Of a DNA stretch of 64,000 bases, positions 40,001-55,120 are shown one piece after another (the first letter of the stretch is position 1; each line of letters begins with the position of its first letter). The stretch covers positions 17,546,001 to 17,610,000 of the forward strand of contig OZ024742.1 in the NCBI GenBank assembly GCA_964016885.1, in the 5' to 3' direction. Origin of the DNA: Eledone cirrhosa. Lineage: Eukaryota. Made by a program: the position numbers and the translations under genes. The notes beneath the pieces are model-generated. The model searched no databases. It was not told the origin of the DNA and saw only the letters and a list, made by a program, of their open reading frames with translations.

Positions 40001-43000
40001 AAGTAATCTTATACTTTCTATTCTACTGTCTCTATGTAACCTTATACTTTCTATTCTACTGTCTCTATGTAACCTTATACTTTCTATTCTACTGTCTCTA
40101 TGTAACCTTATACTTTCTATACTGTCTCTATGTAACCTTATACTTTCTATACTGTCTCTATGTACCTTATACTTTCTATACTGTCTCTATGTAGCCTTAT
40201 ACTTTCTATTCTATTGTCTCTATGTAACGTTATACTTTCTATACTGTCTCTATGTAACCTTATACTTTCTATTCTACTGTCTCTATGGAACCTTATACTT
40301 TCTATTCTACTTTCTCTATGTAACCTTATACTTTCTATGCTACTGTCTCTATGTAACCTTATACTATCTATTCTACTGTCTCTATGTAAACTTATACTTT
40401 CTATTCTACTGTCTCTATGTAACCTTATACTTTCTATTCTACTGTCTCTATGTAACCTTATACTTTCTATACTGTCTCTATGTAACCTTATACTTTCTAT
40501 TTTACTCTCTCTATGTAACCTTATACTTTCTATTCTACTGTCTCTATGTAACCTTTTACTTTCTATACTGTCTCTATGTAACCTTATATTTTCTATTCTA
40601 CTGTCTCTATGTAACCTTATACTTTCTATTCTACTGTCTCTATGTAACCTAATACTTTCTATTCTACTGTCTCTATGTAACCTTATACTTTCTATTCTAC
40701 TGTCTCTATGTAACCTTATACTTTCTATTCTACTATCTCTATGTAACCTTATACTTTCTATACTGTCTCTATGTAACCTTATACTTTCTATTCTACTGTC
40801 TCTATGTAACGTTATACTTTCTATACTGTCTCTATGTAACCTTATACTTTCTATTCTACTGTCTCTATGGAACCTTATACTTTCTATCCTACTTTCTCTA
40901 TGTAACCTTATACGTTCTATTCTACTGTCTCTATGTAACCTTATACTTTCTATTCTACTGTCTCTATGTAACCTTATACTTTCTATTCTACTGTCTCTAT
41001 GTAACCTTATACTTTCTATACTGTCTCTATGTAACCTTATACTTTCTATTCTACTGTCTCTATGTAACCTTATACTTTCTATTCTACTGTCTCTATGTAA
41101 CCTTATACTTTCTATTCTACTCTCTCTATGTAACCTTATACTTTCTATTCTACTGTCTCTATGTAACCTTTTACTTTCTATACTGTCTCTATGTAACCTT
41201 ATACTTTCTATTCTACTGTCTCTATGTAACCTTATACTTTCTATTCTACTGTCTCTATGTAACCTTATACTTTCTATTCTACTGTCTCTATGTAACCTTA
41301 TACTTTTTATTCTACTGTCTTTATGTAACCTTATACTTTCTATTTAACTGTCTCTATGTAACCTTATACTTTCTATACTGTCTCTATGTAACCTTATACT
41401 TTCTATTCTACTGTCTCTATGTAACGTTATACTTTCTATTCTACTGTCTCTATGTAACCTTATACTTTCTATTCTACTGTCTCTATGTAACCTTATACTT
41501 TCTATTCTACTGTTTCTATGTAACCTTATACTTTCTATACTGTATCTATGTAACCTTATACTTTCTATTCTACTGTCTCTATGTAACCTTATACTTTCTA
41601 TTCTATTATCTCTATGTAACCTTTTACTTTCTATACTGTCTCTACGTAACCTTATACTTTCTATTCTACTGTCTCTATGTAACCTTATACTTTCTATTCT
41701 ACTGTCTCTATGTAACCTTATACTTTCTATTCTACTGTCTCTATGTAACCTTATACTTTCTATTCTATTATCTCTATGTAACCTTATACTTTCTATTCTA
41801 CTGTCTCTATATAACCTTATACTTTCTATTCTACTGTCTCTATGTAACCGTATACGTTCTATACTGTCTCTATGTAACCTTATACTTTCTATACTGTCTC
41901 TACGTAACCTTATACTTTCTATTCTACTGTCTCTACGTAACCTTATACTTTCTATTCTACTGTCTCTATGTAACCTTATACTTTCTATTCTATTATCTCT
42001 ATGTAACCTTTTACTTTCTATTCTACTGTCTCTATGTAACCTTATACTTTCTATACTGTCTCTATGTAACCTTATACTTTCTATTCTACTCTATCTATGT
42101 AACCTTATACTTTCTATTCTACTGTCTCTATGTAACCTTTTACTTTCTATACTGTCTCTATGTAACCTTATACTTTCTATTCTACTGTCTCTATGTAACC
42201 TTATACTTTCTATTCTACTGTCTCTATGTAACCTTATACTTTCTATTCTACTGTCTCTATGTAACCTCATACTTTCTATTCTACTGTCTCTATGTAACCT
42301 TATACTTTCTATTCTACTGTCTCTATGTAACATTATACTTTCTATTCTACTGTCTCTATGTAACCTTATACTTTCTATACTGTCTCTATATAACCTTATT
42401 CTTTCTATTCTACTGTCTCTATGTAACCTTATACTTTCTATTCTACTGACTCTATGTAACTTTATACTTTCTATTCTACTGTCTCTATGTAACCTTATAC
42501 TATCTATTCTACTGTCTCTACGTAACCTTATACTTTCTATTCTACTGTCTCTCTGTAACCTTATACTTTCTATTCTACTGTCTCTATGTAACCTTATACT
42601 TTCTATTCTACTGTCTCTATGTAACCTTATACTTTCTATTCTACTGTCTCTATGTAACCTTATACTTTCTATACTGTCTCTATGTAACCTTATACTTTCT
42701 ATTCTACTGTCTCTATGTAACCTTATACTTTCTATACTGTCTCTATGTAACTTTATACTTTCTATTCTACTATCTCTATGTAACCTTATACTTTCTATAC
42801 TGTCTCTATGTAACCTTATACTTTCTATTTTACTCTCTCTATGTAACCTTATACTTTCTATTCTACTGTCTCTATGTAACCTTTTACTTTCTATACTGTC
42901 TCTATGTAATCTTATACTTTCTATTCTACTGTCTCTATGTAACCTTATACTTTCTATTCTACTGTCTCTATGTAACCTTATACTTTCTATTCTACTGTCT

Positions 43001-46000
43001 CTATGTAACCTAATACTTTCTATTCTACTGTCTCTATGTAACCTTATACTTTCTATTCTACTGTCTCTATGTAACCTTATACTTTCTATTCTACTATCTC
43101 TATGTAACCTTATACTTTCTATACTGTCTCTATGTAACCTTATACTTTCTATTCTACTGTCTCTATGTAACCTTATCCTTTCTATACTGTCTCTATGTAA
43201 CCTTATACTTTCTATTCTACTGTCTCTATGTAACCTTATACTTTCTATTCTACTGTCTCTATGTAACCTTATACTTTCTATTCTACTCTCTCTATGTAAC
43301 CTTATACTTTCTATTCAACTGTCTCTATGTAACCTTTTACTTTCTATACTGTCTCTATGTAACCTTATACTTTCTATTCTACTGTCTCTATGTAACCTTA
43401 TACTTTCTATTCTACTGTCTCTATGTAACCTTATACTTTCTATTCTACTGTCTCTATGTAACCTTATACTTTTTATTCTACTGTCTCTATGTAACCTTAT
43501 ACTTTCTATTTAACTGTTTCTATGTAACCTTATACTTTCTATACTGTCTCTATGTAACCTTATACTTTCTATTCTACTGTCTCTATGTAACGTTATACTT
43601 TCTATTCTACTGTCTCTATGTAACCTTATACTTTCTATTCTACTGTCTCTATGTAACCTTATACTTTCTATTCTACTGTTTCTATATAACCTTATACTTT
43701 CTATACTGTCTCTATGTAACCTTATACTTTCTATTCTACTGTCTCTATGTAACCTTATACTTTCTATTCTATTATCTCTATGTAACCTTTTACTTTCTAT
43801 ACTGTCTCTACGTAACCTTATACTTTCTATTCTACTGTCTCTACGTAACCTTATACTTTCTAATCTACTGTCTCTATGTAACCTTATACTTTCTATTCTA
43901 CTGTCTCTATGTAACCTTATACTTTCTATTCTATTATCTCTATGTAACCTTATACTTTCTATTCTACTGTCTCTATGTAATCTTATACTTTCTATTCTAC
44001 TGTCTCTATGTAACCGTATACGTTCTATACTGTCTCTATGTAACCTTATACTTTCTATACTGTCTCTACGTAACCTTATACTTTCTATTCTACTGTCTCT
44101 ACGTAACCTTATACTTTCTATTCTACTGTCTCTATGTAACCTTATACTTTCTATTCTATTATCTCTATGTAACCTTTTACTTTCTATTCTACTGTCTCTA
44201 TGTAACCTTATACTTTCTATACTGTCTCTATGTAACCTTATACTTTCTATTTTACTCTCTCTATGTAACCTTATACTTTCTATTCTACTGTCTCTATGTA
44301 ACCTTATACTTTCTATTCTACTGTCTCTATGTAACCTTATACTTTCTATACTGTCTCTATGTAACCTTATACTTTCTATTTTACTCTCTCTATGTAACCT
44401 TATACTTTCTATTCTACTGTCTCTATGTAACCTTATACTTTCTATACTGTCTCTATGTAACCTTATACTTTCTATTCTACTCTATCTATGTAACCTTATA
44501 CTTTCTATTCTACTGTCTCTATGTAACCTTTTACTTTCTATACTGTCTCTATGTAACCTTATACTTTCTATTCTACTGTCTCTATGTAACCTTATACTTT
44601 CTATTCTACTGTCTCTATGTAACCTTATACTTTCTTTTCTACTGTCTCTATGTAACCTCATACTTTCTATTCTACTGTCTCTATGTAACCTTATACTTTC
44701 TATTCTACTGTCTCTATGTAACCTTATACTTTCTATTCTACTGTCTCTATGTAACCTCATACTTTCTATTCTACTGTCTCTATGTAACCATATACTTTCT
44801 ATTCTACTGTCTCTATGTAACCTTATACTTTCTATTCTACTGTCTCTATGTAACCTTATACTTTCTATTCTACTGTCTCTATGTAACCTCATACTTTCTA
44901 TTCTACTGTCTCTATGTAACCTTATACTTTCTATTCTACTGTCTCTATGTAACATTATACTTTCTATTCTACTGTCTCTATGTAACCTTATACTTTCTAT
45001 ACTGTCTCTATATAACCTTATTCTTTCTATTCTACTATCTCTATGTAACCTTATACTTTCTATTCTACTGACTCTATGTAACCTTATACGTTCTATTCTA
45101 CTGTCTCTATGTAACCTTATACTATCTATTCTACTGTCTCTACGTAACCTTATACTTTCTATTCTACTGTCTCTATGTAACCTTATACTTTCTATTCTAC
45201 TGTCTCTATGTAACCTTATACTTTCTATTCTACTGTCTCTATGTAACCTTATACTTTCTATTCAACTGTTTCTATGTAACCTTATACTTTCTATACTGTC
45301 TCTATGTAACCTTATACTTTCTATTCTACTGTCTCTATGTAACCTTATACTTTCTATTCTATTATCTCTATGTAACCTTTTACTTTCTATACTGTCTCTA
45401 CGTAACCTTATACTTTCTATTATACTGTCTCTATGTAACCTTATACTTTCTATTCTACTGTCTCTATGTAACCTTATACTTTCTATTCTACTGTCTCTAT
45501 GTAACCTTATACTTTCTATACTGTCTCTATGTAACCTTATACTTTCTATTCTACTGTCTCTATGTAACGTTATACTTTCTATTCTACTGTCTCTATGTAA
45601 CCTTATACTTTCTATTCTACTGTCTCTATGTAACCTTATACTTTCTATTCTACTGTTTCTATATAACCTTATACTTTCTATACTGTCTCTATGTAACCTT
45701 ATACTTTCTATTCTACTGTCTCTATGTAACCTTATACTTTCTATTTAACTGTGTCTATGTAACCTTATACTTTCTATACTGTCTCTATGTAACGTTATAC
45801 TTTCTATTCTACTGTCTCTATGTAACCTTATACTTTCTATTCTACTGTCTCTATGTAACGTTATACTTTCTATTCTACTGTCTCTATGTAACCTTATACT
45901 TTCTATTCTACTGTCTCTATGTAACCTTATACTTTCTATTCTACTGTTTCTATATAACCTTATACTTTCTATACTGTCTCTATGTAACCTTATACTTTCT

Positions 46001-49000
46001 ATTCTACTGTCTCTATGTAACCTTATACTTTCTATTTAACTGTGTCTATGTAACCTTTTACTTTCTATACTGTCTCTATGTAACCTTATACTTTCTATTC
46101 TACTGTCTCTATGTAACCTTATACTTTCTATTCTACTGTCTCTATGTAACCTTATACTTTCTATTCTACTGTCTCTATGTAACCTCATACTTTCTATTCT
46201 ACTGTCTCTATGTAACCTTATACTTTCTATTCTACTGTCTCTATGTAACATTATACTTTCTATTCTACTGTCTCTATGTAACCTTATACTTTCTATACTG
46301 TCTCTATATAACCTTATTCTTTCTATTCTACTGTCTCTATGTAACCTTATACTTTCTATTCTACTGACTCTATGTAACCTTATACTTTCTATTCTACTGT
46401 CTCTATGTAACCTTATACTATCTATTCTACAGTCTCTACGTAACCTTATACTTTCTATTCTACTGTCTCTATGTAACCTTATACTTTCTATTCTACTGTC
46501 TCTATGTAACCTTATACTTTCTATTCTACTGTCTCTATGTAACCTTATACTTTCTATTCTATTATCTCTATGTAACCTTTTACTTTCTATTCTACTGTCT
46601 CTATGTAACCTTATACTTTCTATTCTATTATCTCTATGTAACCTTTTACTTTCTATACTGTCTCTACGTAACCTTCTACTTTCTATTCTACTGTCTCTAT
46701 GTAACCTTATACTTTCTATTCTACTGTCTCTATGTAACCTTATACTTTCTATTCTACTGTCTCTATGTAACCTTATACTTTCTATTCTATTATCTCTATG
46801 TAACCTTATACTTTCTATTCTACTGTCTCTATGTAACCTTATACTTTCTATTCTACTGTCTCTATGTAACCGTATACGTTCTATACTGTCTCTATGTAAC
46901 CTTATACTTTCTATACTGTCTCTACGTAACCTTATACTTTCTATTCTACTGTCTCTACGTAACTTTATACTTTCTATTCTACTGTCTCTATGTAACCTTA
47001 TACTTTCTATTCTATTATCACTATGTAACCTTTTACTTTCTATTCTACTGTCTCTATGTAACCTTATACTTTCTATACTGTCTCTATGTAACCTTATACT
47101 TTCTATTCTACTGTCTCTATGTAACCTTATACTTTCTATACTGTCTCTATGTAACTTTATACTTTCTATTCTACTGTCTCTATGTAACCTTATACTTTCT
47201 ATACTGTCTCTATGTAACCTTATACTTTCTATTCTACTGTCTCTATGTAACCTTATACTTTCTATTCTACTGTCTCTATGTAACCTTATACTTTCTATTC
47301 TACTGACTCTATGTAACCTTATTCTTTCTATTCTACTGTCTCTATGTAACCTTATACTTTCTATTCTACTGTCTCTATGTAACCTTATACTTTCTATTCT
47401 ACTGTCTCTATGTAACCTTATACTTTCTATTCTACTGTCTCTATGTCACCTTATATTTTCTATTCTACTGTCTCTATGTAACCTTATACTTTCTATACTG
47501 TCTCTATGTAACTTTATACTTTCTATTCTACTGTCTCTATGTAACCTTATACTTTCTATACTGTCTCTATGTAACCTTATACTTTCTATTTTACTCTCTC
47601 TATGTAACCTTATACTTTCTATTCTACTGTCTCTATGTAACCTTTTACTTTCTATACTGTCTCTATGTAACCTTACACTTTCTATTCTACTGTCTCTATG
47701 TAACCTTATACTTTCTATTCTACTGTCTCTATGTAACCTTATACTTTCTATTCTACTGTCTCTATGTAACCTTATACTTTCTATTCTACTGTCTCTATGT
47801 AACCTAATACTTTCTATTCTACTGTCTCTATGTAACCTTATACTTTCTATTCTTCTGTCTCTATGTAACCTTATACTTTCTATTCTACTATCTCTATGTA
47901 ACCTTATACTTTCTATACTGTCTCTATGTAACCTTATACTTTCTATTCTACTGTCTCTATGTAACGTTATACTTTCTATACTGTCTCTATGTAACCTTAT
48001 ACTTTCTATTCTACTGTCTCTATGGAACCCTATACTTTCTATCCTACTTTCTCTATGTAACCTTATACTTTCTATTCTACTGTCTCTATGTAACCTTATA
48101 CTTTCTATTCTACTGTCTCTATGTAACATTATATTTTCTATTCTACTGTCTCTATGTAACCTTATACTTTCTATACTGTCTCTATATAACCTTATTCTTT
48201 CTATTCTACTGTCTCTATGTAACCTTATACTTTCTATTCTACTGACTCTATGTAACCTTATACTTTCTATTCTACTGTCTCTATGTAACCTTATACTATC
48301 TATTCTACTGTCTCTACGTAACCTTATACTTTCTATTCTACTGTCTCTATGTAACCTTATACTTTCTATTCTACTGTCTCTATGTAACCTTATACTTTCT
48401 ATTCTACTGTCTCTATGTAACCTTATACTTTCTATTCTACTGTTTCTATGTAACCTTATACTTTCTATACTGTCTCTATGTAACCTTATACTTTCTATTC
48501 TACTGTCTCTATGTAACCTTATACTTTCTATTCTATTATCTCTATGTAACCTTTTACTTTCTATACTGTCTCTACGTAACCTTATACTTTCTATTCTACT
48601 GTCTCTATGTAACCTTATACTTTCTATTCTACTGTCTCTATGTAACCTTATACTTTCTATTCTACTGTCTCTATGTAACCTTATACTTTCTATTCTATTA
48701 TCTCTATGTAACCTTATACGTTCTATTCTACTGTCTCTATGTAACCTTATACTTTCTATTCTACTGTCTCTATGTAACCGTATACGTTCTATACTGTCTC
48801 TATGTAACCTTATACTTTCTATACTGTCTCTACGTAACCTTATACTTTCTATTCTACTGTCTCTACGTAACCTTATACTTTCTATTCTACTGTCTCTATG
48901 TAACCTTATACTTTCTATTCTATTATCACTATGTAACCTTTTACTTTCTATTCTACTGTCTCTATGTAACCTTATACTTTCTATACTGTCTCTATGTAAC

Positions 49001-52000
49001 CTTATACTTTCTATTCTACTGTCTCTATGTAACCTTATACTTTCTATACTGTCTCTATGTAACTTTATACTTTCTATTCTACTGTCTCTATGTAACCTTA
49101 TACTTTCTATACTGTCTCTATGTAACCTTATACTTTCTATTCTACTGTCTCTATGTAACCTTATACTTTCTATTCTACTGTCTCTATGTAACCTTATACT
49201 TTCTATTCTACTGACTCTATGTAACCTTATTCTTTCTATTCTACTGTCTCTATGTAACCTTATACTTTCTATTCTACTGTCTCTATGTAACCTTATACTT
49301 TCTATTCTACTGTCTCTATGTAACCTTATACTTTCTATTCTACTGTCTCTATGTCACCTTATACTTTCTATTCTACTGTCTCTATGTAACCTTATACTTT
49401 CTATACTGTCTCTATGTAACTTTATACTTTCTATTCTACTGTCTCTATGTAACCTTATACTTTCTATACTGTCTCTATGTAACCTTATACTTTCTATTTT
49501 ACTCTCTCTATGTAACCTTATACTTTCTATTCTACTGTCTCTATGTAACCTTTTACTTTCTATACTGTCTCTATGTAACCTTACACTTTCTATTCTACTG
49601 TCTCTATGTAACCTTATACTTTCTATTCTACTGTCTCTATGTAACCTTATACTTTCTATTCTACTGTCTCTATGTAACCTTATACTTTCTATTCTACTAT
49701 CTCTATGTAACCTTATACTTTCTATACTGTCTCTATGTAACCTTATACTTTCTATTCTACTGTCTCTATGTAACGTTATACTTTCTATACTGTCTCTATG
49801 TAACCTTATACTTTCTATTCTACTGTCTCTATGGAACCCTATACTTTCTATCCTACTTTCTCTATGTAACCTTATACTTTCTATTCTACTGTCTCTATGT
49901 AACCTTATACTTTCTATTCTACTGTCTCTATGTAACATTATATTTTCTATTCTACTGTCTCTATGTAACCTTATACTTTCTATACTGTCTCTATATAACC
50001 TTATTCTTTCTATTCTACTGTCTCTATGTAACCTTATACTTTCTATTCTACTGACTCTATGTAACCTTATACTTTCTATTCTACTGTCTCTATGTAACCT
50101 TATACTATCTATTCTACTGTCTCTACGTAACCTTATACTTTCTATTCTACTGTCTCTATGTAACCTTATACTTTCTATTCTACTGTCTCTATGTAACCTT
50201 ATACTTTCTATTCTACTGTCTCTATGTAACCTTATACTTTCTATTCTACTGTTTCTATGTAACCTTATACTTTCTATACTGTCTCTATGTAACCTTATAC
50301 TTTCTATTCTACTGTCTCTATGTAACCTTATACTTTCTATTCTATTATCTCTATGTAACCTTTTACTTTCTATACTGTCTCTACGTAACCTTATACTTTC
50401 TATTCTACTGTCTCTATGTAACCTTATACTTTCTATTCTACTGTCTCTATGTAACCTTATACTTTCTATTCTACTGTCTCTATGTAACCTTATACTTTCT
50501 ATTCTATTATCTCTATGTAACCTTATACGTTCTATTCTACTGTCTCTATGTAACCTTATACTTTCTATTCTACTGTCTCTATGTAACCGTATACGTTCTA
50601 TACTGTCTCTATGTAACCTTATACTTTCTATACTGTCTCTACGTAACCTTATACTTTCTATTCTACTGTCTCTACGTAACCTTATACTTTCTATTCTACT
50701 GTCTCTATGTAACCTTATACTTTCTATTCTATTATCACTATGTAACCTTTTACTTTCTATTCTACTGTCTCTATGTAACCTTATACTTTCTATACTGTCT
50801 CTATGTAACCTTATACTTTCTATTCTACTGTCTCTATGTAACCTTATACTTTCTATACTGTCTCTATGTAACTTTATACTTTCTATTCTACTGTCTCTAT
50901 GTAACCTTATACTTTCTATACTGTCTCTATGTAACCTTATACTTTCTATTCTACTGTCTCTATGTAACCTTATACTTTCTATTCTACTGTCTCTATGTAA
51001 CCTTATACTTTCTATTCTACTGACTCTATGTAACCTTATTCTTTCTATTCTACTGTCTCTATGTAACCTTATACTTTCTATTCTACTGTCTCTATGTAAC
51101 CTTATACTTTCTATTCTACTGTCTCTATGTAACCTTATACTTTCTATTCTACTGTCTCTATGTCACCTTATACTTTCTATTCTACTGTCTCTATGTAACC
51201 TTATACTTTCTATACTGTCTCTATGTAACTTTATACTTTCTATTCTACTGTCTCTATGTAACCTTATACTTTCTATACTGTCTCTATGTAACCTTATACT
51301 TTCTATTTTACTCTCTCTATGTAACCTTATACTTTCTATTCTACTGTCTCTATGTAACCTTTTACTTTCTATACTGTCTCTATGTAACCTTACACTTTCT
51401 ATTCTACTGTCTCTATGTAACCTTATACTTTCTATTCTACTGTCTCTATGTAACCTTATACTTTCTATTCTACTGTCTCTATGTAACCTTATACTTTCTA
51501 TTCTACTGTCTCTATGTAACCTAATACTTTCTATTCTACTGTCTCTATGTAACCTTATACTTTCTATTCTACTGTCTCTATGTAACCTTATACTTTCTAT
51601 TCTACTATCTCTATGTAACCTTATACTTTCTATACTGTCTCTATGTAACCTTATACTTTCTATTCTACTGTCTCTATGTAACGTTATACTTTCTATACTG
51701 TCTCTATGTAACCTTATACTTTCTATTCTACTGTCTCTATGTAACATTATACTTTCTATTCTACTGTCTCTATGTAACCTTATACTTTCTATTCTACTGT
51801 CTCTGTGTAACCTTATACTTTCTATACTGTCTCTATGTAACCTTATACTTTCTATTCTACTGTCTCTATGTAACCTTATACTTTCTATTCTACTGTCTCT
51901 ATGTAACCTTATACTTTATATACTGTCTCTATGTAACCTTATATTTTATATTCTACTGTCTCTATGTAACCTTATACTTTCTATACTACTGTCTCTATGT

Positions 52001-52716
52001 AACCTTATACTTTCTATACTGTCTCTATGTAACCTTATACTTTCTATTCTACTGTCTCTATGTAACCTTATACTTTCTATTCTACTGCCTCTATGTAACC
52101 TTATACTTTCTATTCTTCTGTCTCTATGTAACCTTATACTTTCTATACTGTCTCTATGTAACCTTATACTTTCTATTCTACTGTCTCTATGTAACCTTAT
52201 ACTTTCTATTCTACTGTCTCTATGTAACCTTATACTTTCTATTCTACTGTCTCTATGTAACCTTATATTTTATATTCTACTGTCTCTATGTAACCTTATA
52301 TTTTATATTCTACTGTCTCTATGTAACCTTATATTTTATATTCTACTGTCTCTATGTAACCTTATACTTTCTATTCTACTGTCTCTATGTAACCTTATAC
52401 TTTCTATTCTACTGTCTCTATGTAACCTTATACTTTATATTCTACTGTCTCTATGGAACCTTATACTTTCTATTCTACTGTCCCTATGTAACCTTATATT
52501 TTCTATTCTACTGTCTCTATGGAACCTTATACTTTCTATTCTACTGTCTCTATGTAACCTTATATTTTATATTCTACTGTCTCTATGGAACCTTATACTT
52601 TCTATTCTACTGTCTCTATGTAACCTTATATTTTATATTCTACTGTCTCTATGGAACCTTATACTTTCTATTCTACTGTCTCTATGTAACCTTATATTTT
52701 ATATTCTACTGTCTCT
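31053..52716. repeat. 33-bp tandem satellite with 30-bp and rare 34-bp variants (~21.7 kb)
   Basis: Consensus CTACTGTCTCTATGTAACCTTATACTTTCTATT. The 30-mer lacks TCT; the 34-mer has CTATATCTAC. Confidence 0.98.
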
Positions 52717-52729
52717 TTTAAAGTGATAA

Positions 52730-52836
52730 ATCACTCTGAAAACACCGGTCCTCGTCCGATCACCGAAGTAAAGCAACGTCGAGACTAGTTAATACTTAGA
52801 TGGATGACCGCTTGGGAACCCTAGGTGCTGTAAGCA
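52730..52836 (+). pseudogene. 5S rRNA-derived sequence, missing roughly the first 12 nt
   Basis: ATCACTCTGAAAACACCGGTCCTCGTCCGATCACCGAAGTAAAGCAACGTCGAGACTAGTTAATACTTAGATGGATGACCGCTTGGGAACCCTAGGTGCTGTAAGC matches the invertebrate 5S pattern. It is followed by ATTTACTTTT. Confidence 0.88.
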
Positions 52837-54299
52837 TTTACTTTTCAGGTGTGAGCCCCGCGAGTTGGATTGCCATTTTCAGCGCGTCTCCCTTGCCGTT
52901 CACTGGGAAACGCCTTCTCTATTCTCTCCGCCTGGGCTGTGAGGAAGCCACCAATATGATTGACTGACTTGCCATTTTATCAATGAAAGGTTGATACGAT
53001 GCCACTCCAGATAAATAGTAAACTATACTGATTTTGCAGTATTTTTGTTTAGTTTTAAGCTGGATTGATAGTAAAGTAATTAAGTCAGTAAAAACTATCA
53101 CTGATGAAGAATGTAGCATCTAGTATGAGCTTCTTATACATGACTAGTTCTTTCGCTTCTGAAAGAGTGTATGTTATGAACGGATATTAGTTTCGTTGAT
53201 CATTTTAATTTTCTATGAAAGAAAAACAAGTATGTGTTTGTTGTGTTTAAATTTTGTTAAATCTTAGCTTATTATGTCTAGCAAGTTTTGGGGTGATTTT
53301 TAAAAAGCTACGTTTTTATCATATTCAGAAGTTCAGTCTTGAAAGACCTTTGTTCTGTGGGAAGCATTCATATTTCGAACCAAACTTTTTCATTTGGGTT
53401 TTATTCATACTAGCAGAAAAACCACCCTTCAGGTCGTTTTCTGCTAGCATGTGTAGTGTACATATTTATATTATAGGCAAATATACATGCATGTAGATAT
53501 GATACATCAAATAAAATCGTAATTGACAATATGTACAGAAATTGAAGAGAGACTGTGTTACACTCTCTTCTGTAATCAGTAAAGTAATCCATGATACATT
53601 TAAAAAAGACGATATTATATATAAACTGCATTACGGTGAAATGTAATGAAACCTTATATAACGATGCAAATATATGGATCTTTACATAAGCAATTTGATA
53701 AGTGTTATGATATAACGGATGCTAACCGGAAGTATGGACCTTTGAAATTTTTAAAAGAAGTGAATCTTAAAATAAGCAATCATTATATATAAGAATATTT
53801 AGTAGATAAATTATGTAATATTAATTCATTATTTATTCAAAGTAATGCAACTTATTTTACTAACGGGATAAAAAAATATATCCAGGACACAATCCCGCAC
53901 TCCTCCCTTTATTATAGTTATGATTCCTCCATGAAGCTTCCTTTCTTTAATCGTTCGACTAATGACAGCTTGAAAACCAGTGTAATGACCTAAGACGTTT
54001 CTAATATAAAATATATATGTATCAAATAGCATATCATATATATATATATATATATTCTACTTGTGATGCAGTGGTAATGTCCGTACGTCATCCAACATCT
54101 ATATATACGAATAGCATATACGTATGTGTGCCTATGTGGGGTGCCTTCAAGTATACATTAATAATTTCGCAAATAAACTGAACGGTACATAAAAACGCCT
54201 AATAACTGAATGATATTAAGAAATATTAAACGAATGTATAATATTAAGAAGTATACTCTGCACACGTTCATCTTGAGATTTCAGGCGCAACTGACGAAG

Positions 54300-55120
54300 T
54301 AAGAAACTTGTCTATCTTGAATGTTAAAAGCATGTTTCACTAATGTTACCATGACGGGAATATTTGAGGTTATATGAGAAAATGTCCGTAAATATCCAAT
54401 ATTAAAAGATCATATTCAGTGACAATACTGGATAGTGTAGCCATAGATATGTTATATTTAAATATATCATGCAGGGAATTAAGACGGGGACGCTTTTTTA
54501 TCAATGGTCTTCTCCTAAACAAACAAAAGAAAAACAAGAAGAAATAGGTCCCACTAAATTAACAAGCATATTTAGGAACTTGCTGCTGCCCTGTATAGTG
54601 AGGGTTCCATCAGTTGCCTACAGAACAATTTATATATTCAGAGCACACAGATGCAATGGATTCTCTGCAGAGAACATGTTTATAGCATTATACAAAATAA
54701 ATTTGAAAAACAAATAAATACCAAGACAAACCCATAATTTACTTCGATTTTGTGCATGGCATATTTATTGCAATGCATTCATAGGAAAAGTTGTCAACGT
54801 AGAAAACTTGAAAACAAAAACTCCATTCTTCACTTTTATGTTCGACGTAGCTTAGGTAGAGATTCGGGTGACTAAACAATCCTCTTTCTAGATGTAAAAG
54901 TGGGGATTAGAAACAACACATAGATTATAACAGTATACACTAAAACAACTCAACAGACCCCTGTATATAAAGAAAGATTGGAAATATCCTCATGATATAC
55001 GAAGCGCATGTTATATAATCCCTACTAAAAAAACCTTTAGATTCTCATTCACAAAAGAATTGCACAAAGTTATAAAATATAAGAAAACAAGCGCTAGACA
55101 ATAACGGATATACAAATAAT
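54300..55120 (+). pseudogene. Highly decayed Penelope-type reverse transcriptase relic
   Basis: Manual translation gives motif remnants in the expected order: LSILNVKSM/FTNV (~54310), NNLYIQ...AMDSL (~54625-54670), KPIIYFDFVHGIF (decayed YVDD, ~54728), LFLDVKV...ITVYTKTT (54882), LDNNGY (~55095). Confidence 0.6.

Noticed and set aside
32807-41347. 928-, 1057- and 395-aa ORFs of (LSILLSLCNLI)n and minus-strand (RDSRIESIRLH)n
   Set aside because: The 33- and 30-bp monomers are multiples of three and lack stops in several frames. ORFs switch frame at 34-mers and have no unique termini, so they are satellite artefacts.
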